Below are positions 57,853 to 64,000 of a DNA stretch of 64,000 nucleotides, one piece after another. How positions within the stretch are numbered: position 1 is the stretch's first letter; every line of letters starts with the position of its first letter. Position numbers and translations under genes: made by a program. This DNA is from Rubripirellula sp. Its GTDB lineage: Bacteria > Planctomycetota > Planctomycetia > Pirellulales > Pirellulaceae. The notes below the pieces were generated by a model that was given only the letters and a program-made list of their open reading frames with translations, had not been told where the DNA came from and searched no databases. The stretch covers positions 5,312,001-5,376,000 of the forward strand of contig OZ244207.1 in NCBI GenBank assembly GCA_965216875.1, read 5' to 3'.

Positions 57853-60243
57853 CTACTGGCGATCGAGTGGCTGGAAGCCGCGTATCCTCGCCCGCGGCGC
57901 AAGACCTTGCGTGTCGATCGGCCGGTCCAGAATGTAGGTTCCGACGTTACCCGATCGGTCCGTCGCATCGACCCGCAAGTACATCTGGCGGGGCAAGCCG
58001 GGGTCGGCCGGCCAAACATAAAGGCCATCGTTGGCTAAGCCGGCCGCAATCGTCGTCCACGGTCCGTCAGGTTTGTCGCTAAAGGCCAAAGCGATCGGTC
58101 GCTTTTTTAGATTGGGATCGCTGCATTCATATTGAATCACAAGCGAACCAACACGGTCGCCTTCGCCGTAGCGGGCGCCTGAGATGCGAACGCTTGGACG
58201 CGATTGATCGACCACAACAGTAATGTCAGGGGTCTCTCCCGACAGCGGTCTCGGACTTGTCAAACCGTTCCCGCCTACGACGACAATTCGAAAACCGAAC
58301 GCGCCTTCCTCTTTGGTTTCGATGTCAAACGGACTGACCTTATCTGGATCGGCGCCCCAAAAACGCCACGTCTTGCCGTCGTCAATACTGCCGTAAAGTT
58401 CGATCGCGTCGGCTCCAGCACTTCCGATCGCTTCCACCTCGTATTCGAGACTGAAACGCACCGAATCGCTAAATCGAACCGGTGCCAATGACGAGGCCGT
58501 TGAAACATCGACCGATTTACGCGCCGAATACCGGCCAGTATCGACTTCCGCCTTGGGTGTCGGAATGCTCTCGGCGTCAGCGGCATCAAGCTGTTGGGAC
58601 GAACCTGGATTGTCTTCGGCTGTGATCGGACGCATCGCCTCAGCCGCCGATTTAGGTCGTGGCTTGGCAGGCGGCTGCGCTTCGGGTTCCGGCGTCGGGA
58701 CAGGCAACGTCTCAGGAACGAGCGCGCCCGACGATTGAGATTGTGCCGCGCCCGCTTCGGGGGCAGCTTGCGTTTGCCCGCCCAGTGCTGGCCCACTCAG
58801 TGCAAACCCGTTGGTGATCTGTTCTGGCGATGCCGGCGAAGGGAGTGGATTTTGCGCGAGCCGCTGATTCTGTGCGATCGCCCGGTTCTGTGCAATTGAA
58901 GGAACGCTGAATTGCGACGATGTTGAATGCGTCGCAGGAGGCACGCCGACGATGTGGGGGCGATGGGTGTTGGCTGGAACACCACCGACTGGCAACGTCA
59001 TCCCGCCGGACGACGTGGCACTTGATGGTGCCGGGTGAGCACCCGGACGCACCATGTTGTTGGGCAGCGCCGTTGACGGAGCGGTCGGCGGTGTTTGGGT
59101 CGCGATGGTTGCCGGTGACGGACGCAACGGTGCAGCCCCCGCCTGATGATTCGATGCGTGGGTCGACGAAGGTGCGACTTGCATTGCACCGCGGTAGGCA
59201 CCCAAGGTGGTCGGCGTTCCCGATTGATAAGGGTGCCCCACCAGTTGATCTTTCGATGTTGGCTTCTGTGGCGACGATGGTTCAGCGGCTTCAGCAGGAC
59301 CTGGCTGTTTGCGATCGAGGTGAATCACCGGATCGGTCACGTGATAGGGATCGCTCCCAATCGTGTGGCCGCCCATTCGATACTGAGCCGAGTTCATCAA
59401 AGAGGATCCACCGCGGTTGGAAGCAAATCGCGATGGGACACTTTCAGCCAGCCTTGGGCGTTTGATGAGTTTCGAGACGACGGCGCGGTTCTTTGCCGAA
59501 TCGGTCGCGATCAGTTGAAGCGAAAGCTGCTCCCAACTCTCTGGTGGCGTGAAGCTGATGCGTCCGTCGGGTGGGACTTTTCCAACCGTCACTTCGCGCC
59601 ACTGGTTGACCGCATCGGTGACGTAGCGAAGCCGAAGATTCAGTGGCGTCACATCATCGATCGCCACTTGAACTTCGACGCGGCCTGAGTTGTCGGCGTC
59701 GGCATTCAAATCGACCTGCGGCTTGCCGGTGTCGACGTACACCTTCAACTGAGCCTTGATCGGACCGGCGGGATGTGGGCGTCCTTTCGCATCGATCGTG
59801 CGCGTGGCAAACCAAAACTCGCCGTCGGCGTCGCCCGTGAATCGAAATTCCTTGACCGAGGCTGCTGCGGGTTTCCCATCAAGCCGCTTCCACTCGGTGT
59901 TCGGTCCACGAGCACCAAAGAGCTGCACTTCGGTTGGGCGAGCCCCCGCCGCGTCGACGGTAAAGGGAATCGTAAAGGTGCGGGCGTTGAGAAAGAAACA
60001 ACCAGGACTCGGCGCTGGGCCTAGCTCGCGTCGGGCCGGTGGCTGGGCAGCGACCGTTTGCGGCTCAGGTGCAGGCAGGTTGGGGACGGCTGCCGAAACA
60101 GCTTCGCCTCTCAAACTCCCGCCATTGTGGATCACCCGACCGCCGGCAAGCGTGTCTTGGCCATTAGCGATTGTCGAACCGGCGACCGGCCCGGCAGCCA
60201 TCAAAAGGGCAGTCAGAAGCGACGATTTTCTGGCAGAACGCAT
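57853..60243 (-). CDS. Exported hypothetical protein: two related beta-domain blocks separated by a long Pro/Ala/Ser/Gln linker
   Basis: Signal-like start MRSARKSSLLTALLMAAG; NARTFTIPF...DGEFWF...VYVDT.KP versus SVRFSLEY...EGAFGF...VVVDQSRP. Confidence 0.75.
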   Translation of the reverse strand: MRSARKSSLLTALLMAAGPVAGSTIANGQDTLAGGRVIHNGGSLRGEAVSAAVPNLPAPEPQTVAAQPPARRELGPAPSPGCFFLNARTFTIPFTVDAAGARPTEVQLFGARGPNTEWKRLDGKPAAASVKEFRFTGDADGEFWFATRTIDAKGRPHPAGPIKAQLKVYVDTGKPQVDLNADADNSGRVEVQVAIDDVTPLNLRLRYVTDAVNQWREVTVGKVPPDGRISFTPPESWEQLSLQLIATDSAKNRAVVSKLIKRPRLAESVPSRFASNRGGSSLMNSAQYRMGGHTIGSDPYHVTDPVIHLDRKQPGPAEAAEPSSPQKPTSKDQLVGHPYQSGTPTTLGAYRGAMQVAPSSTHASNHQAGAAPLRPSPATIATQTPPTAPSTALPNNMVRPGAHPAPSSATSSGGMTLPVGGVPANTHRPHIVGVPPATHSTSSQFSVPSIAQNRAIAQNQRLAQNPLPSPASPEQITNGFALSGPALGGQTQAAPEAGAAQSQSSGALVPETLPVPTPEPEAQPPAKPRPKSAAEAMRPITAEDNPGSSQQLDAADAESIPTPKAEVDTGRYSARKSVDVSTASSLAPVRFSDSVRFSLEYEVEAIGSAGADAIELYGSIDDGKTWRFWGADPDKVSPFDIETKEEGAFGFRIVVVGGNGLTSPRPLSGETPDITVVVDQSRPSVRISGARYGEGDRVGSLVIQYECSDPNLKKRPIALAFSDKPDGPWTTIAAGLANDGLYVWPADPGLPRQMYLRVDATDRSGNVGTYILDRPIDTQGLAPRARIRGFQPLDRQ

Positions 60244-60460
60244 GCTGTCGAACCAGCCCTTTGTGTGGAGTCCATTGTCGAACCGCGGCAAACTCGTCAA
60301 GCTGCCACGTTGGGATTGCCTCTGCATGGCGGCCAAACCGGGCCGCGTGCCGACAGTCCCACTTGTTCGGCTTCGGCTCGGATGAGCCGCTTTCTTGAGA
60401 AAAACCATCGCTGAGCCCCCCGCCAGCGTGCCCATTACTACGATTGCCAGCATTCTTGAA

Positions 60461-62281
60461 ATGAGTTCCTGCCAATACCACTACGACGTCATCGTGATCG
60501 GAGCAGGTCACGCAGGCACCGAAGCCGCAGCGGCTGCGGCGCGGCTGGGGGCCAAAACAGCGCTACTGACCACCAACCTCGACACCGTTGGTCAGATGTC
60601 GTGCAACCCAGCGATCGGTGGTGTTGCCAAAGGTCAGATCGTTCGCGAAGTCGACGCGCTCGGAGGTCTGATGGGGAGGGCGATCGATGCGACCGGCATT
60701 CAGTTTCGGTTGCTCAATCGACGCAAAGGGCCTGCCATGCACAGCCCCCGCGCTCAAGCCGACAAGCGCGCTTATCAACAACACATCAAAGAACAAATCG
60801 AAGGCCAAGAGAACCTTGACCTGCGCCAAGAAACGGTCGAGGACTTGATCACCGAAGAGGTCGGCGGGACGACGCGGATTCTTGGAGTCCGTGTTCGTGG
60901 TGACGCCGAGTATTTGAGCAAGGCCGTGATCCTGACCACGGGCACGTTCCTGCAAGCGATCATGCACACCGGCGATGCCAAGGCCGCCGGGGGCAGAGCA
61001 GGGGAGGGCACGACGGCCGGGATCTCGGGTGCGTTGCATCGGCTCGGTTTTGAAATTGATCGCTTCAAGACTGGAACACCGCCACGTTTGAATGCGCGCA
61101 CGATCGACTACGACCAAGTCGAACCGCAACCAGGCGATGACACGCCGCAGCCTTTTTCGTTCATGAACGACACGCTCGCTCTCGAGCAATTGCCGTGTCA
61201 CATCACCTACACCAACGAAGCCGTCCACGATCTGATTCGCGCCAACCTGCATCGCGCGCCGATGTACAGCGGTCAAATCAATTCGCGTGGTCCACGCTAT
61301 TGTCCATCGATCGAAGACAAAGTGGTCCGGTTTGCCGACAAGACGCAGCACCAACTCTTCTTGGAACCAGAAGGACGCACGACCCAAGAGGTTTACGTCA
61401 ACGGGATTTCGACGAGCCTGCCGCGCGATGTTCAAGACCAAATGTTCCGCATGATCAAAGGTCTCGAAAAGGCGGTCATCATGCGTTACGGCTACGCCGT
61501 CGAGTACGACTTCTGTCCACCAACGCAACTCTGGCCTCACCTCGAATCGAAAAAGGTGTCCGGTCTCTTTTTGGCTGGTCAAATCAACGGAACGACCGGC
61601 TACGAAGAAGCTGCTGGTCAAGGTTTGATTGCTGGCCTTTCCGCCGCGTTGATCGTTGCTGGGAAAGAGCCGTGGGTCCCCTCGCGCGATCAAGCCTACA
61701 TCGGTGTGTTGGTCGATGACTTGGTGACTGCGGGGACGGACGAACCCTACCGGATGTTCACCAGCCGCGCCGAATATCGACTCTTGCTGCGTCAGGACAA
61801 CGCCGATCGGCGACTGACGCCCGATGCGGAACGACTTGGGTTGATCGACGCCGAGCGCCGCGATCGGTTTCACAACAAGTTGGCCGACATTGATCGCGGT
61901 TTGAAGATTTTGAAGTCGTCACGAATCGAAACCAACTCGGGTCAGCAATACCTTCGTCGCCCCGAAGTCGATTGGCAACAGATGTGCGACCTTGTTCCTG
62001 AGCTCAACGAGATTGGTCTCCAAGCAGCCGAGCAGTGTTTGTACGACACCAAGTACGAAGGCTATATCGAACGCCAAAAGATGGAAGTCGAAAAGCAGCA
62101 ACGACTCGCATCGAAACGGATTCCACCTACATTCGACTACGACGGGATCGGGCCGCTGCGAAGTGAAGCGCGCGAAAAGTTGAATCGTGTGCGACCGCTC
62201 AACCTTGATCAAGCAAAACGAATCAGTGGCATCACTCCCGCCGACCTCGCACTCGTGCTTGCGCACTTGGAATCCAAGTAA
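60461..62281 (+). CDS. mnmG: tRNA uridine 5-carboxymethylaminomethyl modification enzyme
   Basis: [71 protein letters not shown]. Confidence 0.97.
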   Translation: MSSCQYHYDVIVIGAGHAGTEAAAAAARLGAKTALLTTNLDTVGQMSCNPAIGGVAKGQIVREVDALGGLMGRAIDATGIQFRLLNRRKGPAMHSPRAQADKRAYQQHIKEQIEGQENLDLRQETVEDLITEEVGGTTRILGVRVRGDAEYLSKAVILTTGTFLQAIMHTGDAKAAGGRAGEGTTAGISGALHRLGFEIDRFKTGTPPRLNARTIDYDQVEPQPGDDTPQPFSFMNDTLALEQLPCHITYTNEAVHDLIRANLHRAPMYSGQINSRGPRYCPSIEDKVVRFADKTQHQLFLEPEGRTTQEVYVNGISTSLPRDVQDQMFRMIKGLEKAVIMRYGYAVEYDFCPPTQLWPHLESKKVSGLFLAGQINGTTGYEEAAGQGLIAGLSAALIVAGKEPWVPSRDQAYIGVLVDDLVTAGTDEPYRMFTSRAEYRLLLRQDNADRRLTPDAERLGLIDAERRDRFHNKLADIDRGLKILKSSRIETNSGQQYLRRPEVDWQQMCDLVPELNEIGLQAAEQCLYDTKYEGYIERQKMEVEKQQRLASKRIPPTFDYDGIGPLRSEAREKLNRVRPLNLDQAKRISGITPADLALVLAHLESK

Positions 62282-62306
62282 GAGTGCGTGGAGTTCTCCC
62301 TCGCTC

Positions 62307-62390
62307 CGTTCGTAGTCCCGCCTTTCGTTCGTAGTCCCGCCTTTAGGCGGAAGAGCCTGAAGATTCCGGCTAAAGCTCGGTACTACAAAC
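62307..62390 (+). repeat. REP/REPIN-like palindrome, family A, with a 19-bp tandem duplication
   Basis: cgttcgtagtcccgccttt twice (62307-62325, 62326-62344), then aggcgg...ccggctaaagctcggtactacaaac. Confidence 0.85.
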
Positions 62391-62410
62391 TCCTGGCGTG
62401 AGAGAATGCC

Positions 62411-62437
62411 CGGCCGCTTACGCGTTCACGGCTCACT
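62411..62437 (-). repeat. Short REP-like element, family C
   Basis: Resembles 28318-28342 and again follows a family A element. Confidence 0.55.
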
Positions 62438-62540
62438 TGTTGAGCACGCGCCGGTATCAATCTGATCCCACCGTTTGGTGATCGATTGAATGTGAAACAA
62501 AAAAACTTCACGGCTACCCACACTTGGTTTTGCTATCACG

Positions 62541-62556
62541 CAAAGTTGCAACTTTG
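62541..62556. promoter_or_regulatory. Perfect 16-bp palindrome, candidate transcription-factor site
   Basis: caaagttgcaactttg, in the long AT-richer region upstream of the regulator. Confidence 0.45.
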
Positions 62557-62982
62557 TTTTTCGAGTTGTCGACGCAAACGCAATAAGTCCAATTGGTTTG
62601 GTAACTTACGGCGATTGAACCGATCTTGACCCAAGCGCACGAAACGATAGAATTCGTTATCGAGGCAAGCTTGGCAAAGCAGAGAGGCTCGGAGTTTCCT
62701 GCCACTTGCGTTCTCCGCGCAACTTAAAGCTGAAATGTGCTAGTGCGGTAGAACGGGGAGTTTGCTAAACGAGGGCTTTCGATGAGTCTGTGAACAATGC
62801 CGCGTAGGGAATTACGCAGTACACAGCAGGGAAAGTGCAAACGGTTTGGATGATGAATTCAAATCGACTGCACGAATCAGAGTCCGCTCGAACCGGCATT
62901 TTTCGCAACGGGTGTTGCGCAGTTGATTCGGGCAACAATTCACTTGGAAACGGCTAGTCATGCAGGGAGGATGGTTTCTGCC

Positions 62983-63570
62983 ATGACCACTAAAACGGTC
63001 TTCACGACAGGCGAAGCGGCCAAGATTTGTAAGGTAAGCCAGCAGACGATCATTCGTTGTTTCGACAACGGGTCGCTCAAGGGCTTCCGCGTGCCCGGGA
63101 GTAAATTCCGACGAATCCCACGTGAACAGTTGTATCTGTTCATGAAGGACAACGGGATTCCAACCGACGCGTTGGAAAGTGGCAAGAAAAAGCTGCTTAT
63201 CGTCGACGACGATCAAGACTTGGTTGATTTGATCCAGGACGGATTCGAGCGCGATGGGCGCTTTGATATCCGTACGGCGAACAACGGATTTGATGCCGGA
63301 ATGGGCGTCAAAGAGTTCCGCCCCGACCTGGTGATTCTCGATGTGATGCTTCCCGATATTAACGGGAAAGAGGTTTGCCAACGCGTACGAAGCGATCCCG
63401 CTTTGGACATGGTCAAAATCCTCTGCATCTCCGGTATGGTCGAACACAACAAAGTCGATGCCTTGAAGGCAGCCGGCGCGAACGATTTCATGCAGAAACC
63501 GTTTGCGATCGAAGACTTGATTGTTCGCTCGTGCGATTTGTTGGAGATTGAACGCAGCGTGGTCGGCTAG
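62983..63570 (+). CDS. Response regulator: N-terminal excisionase-like HTH plus C-terminal receiver domain
   Basis: FTTGEAAKICKVSQQTIIRCFD...RRIPR; LLIVDDD, LVILDVMLPD, QKPF; GGGAGG RBS upstream. Confidence 0.92.
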   Translation: MTTKTVFTTGEAAKICKVSQQTIIRCFDNGSLKGFRVPGSKFRRIPREQLYLFMKDNGIPTDALESGKKKLLIVDDDQDLVDLIQDGFERDGRFDIRTANNGFDAGMGVKEFRPDLVILDVMLPDINGKEVCQRVRSDPALDMVKILCISGMVEHNKVDALKAAGANDFMQKPFAIEDLIVRSCDLLEIERSVVG

Positions 63571-63661
63571 CGTGTCCGGCGAAGCGTCACTCTCGGGACG
63601 CAATCTCGTTCCGAAGTTGGCTCATCCAGTGCAGACCGTTTCGGCCAGGAGGCTCGAATTG

Positions 63662-64000
63662 ATGGGATTGCTACCCTGTCTGCGCCGCGGTGCCGATCGG
63701 TGGTGGCTTCCTGCGTCTTCGACAGCAACCGACGCGATCGGACAAGTGATGCTTGCCGCCGGTCGCTCGGTCGATCGCGGCGATGTTCGCCGGGATGTTG
63801 GATCAGGTCACGCCACGACTGCAAGTCATGATGGGGCGACCGCGCTCGATGATCGAACGCGGGACACGCTCGTTGCTGCACTCGCGGCCGATCCTCCGCT
63901 CTTGATCTACGCTGCGCTCGGTTGGCCGGGTGACCATGCTGACCTCTGCGAACTCGCGGAGTGGTTCGCGGAAAATGCGATCAGTCGCTTTGCCAGTGGC
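63662..64000 (+). CDS. Partial ORF absent from the ORF track, possibly an HDOD-like N-terminus of a signalling protein
   Basis: AGGAGG at about 63647, then MGLLPCLRRGADRWWLP...LVAALAADPPLLIYAALGW...ELAEWF, open to the window edge. Confidence 0.6.
   Translation, partial: MGLLPCLRRGADRWWLPASSTATDAIGQVMLAAGRSVDRGDVRRDVGSGHATTASHDGATALDDRTRDTLVAALAADPPLLIYAALGWPGDHADLCELAEWFAENAISRFASG

Noticed and set aside
62983..63150. Excisionase-like HTH as evidence of a prophage or integrative element
   Set aside because: It is fused to a receiver domain, and no integrase, att site or phage genes are visible.
63567..63881. 104 aa minus-strand ORF
   Set aside because: Arg-rich with no motifs. The plus-strand frame from 63662 has an RBS and more protein-like composition.

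Overview
This 64 kb window looks like chromosomal DNA from a planctomycete, probably Pirellulaceae. That is an inference from the RRLxxExLExRxLLA N-termini, DUF1559-like, DUF1080 and YTV-like motifs and homodimeric GlyRS. The left 25 kb holds three co-oriented secreted surface proteins (about 1,380, 894 and 5,379 aa), each with a planctomycete export motif and a dockerin-like duplicated Ca-binding module, followed by a tatA-like gene. One is a cohesin-like/Ig scaffold and one is an apparently intact zinc metalloprotease. The third is a giant mosaic with a catalytically dead M10-like domain, nested repeat domains, PPC-like and beta-helix segments and a GEVED domain. The middle holds glyQS, hpnCDE divergent from ispH, and an accessory-looking signalling block: an ECF sigma flanked by an FHA Ser/Thr kinase and a ~1,970 aa zinc-ribbon/kinase/WD40 protein with YTV-like repeats, plus a probably frameshifted zinc-ribbon/DUF1559-like gene. 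The right part holds rtcB, a P450, a sulfotransferase-DUF1080 pair, a mazG-ABC operon, a GYF_2-SUFU fusion, holA, mnmG and an HTH-receiver regulator with a partial downstream ORF. Three families of REP-like palindromes occur between genes. I recognised no rRNA, tRNA, CRISPR array, transposase or integrase. All domain calls are by-eye motif recognition, not database results.
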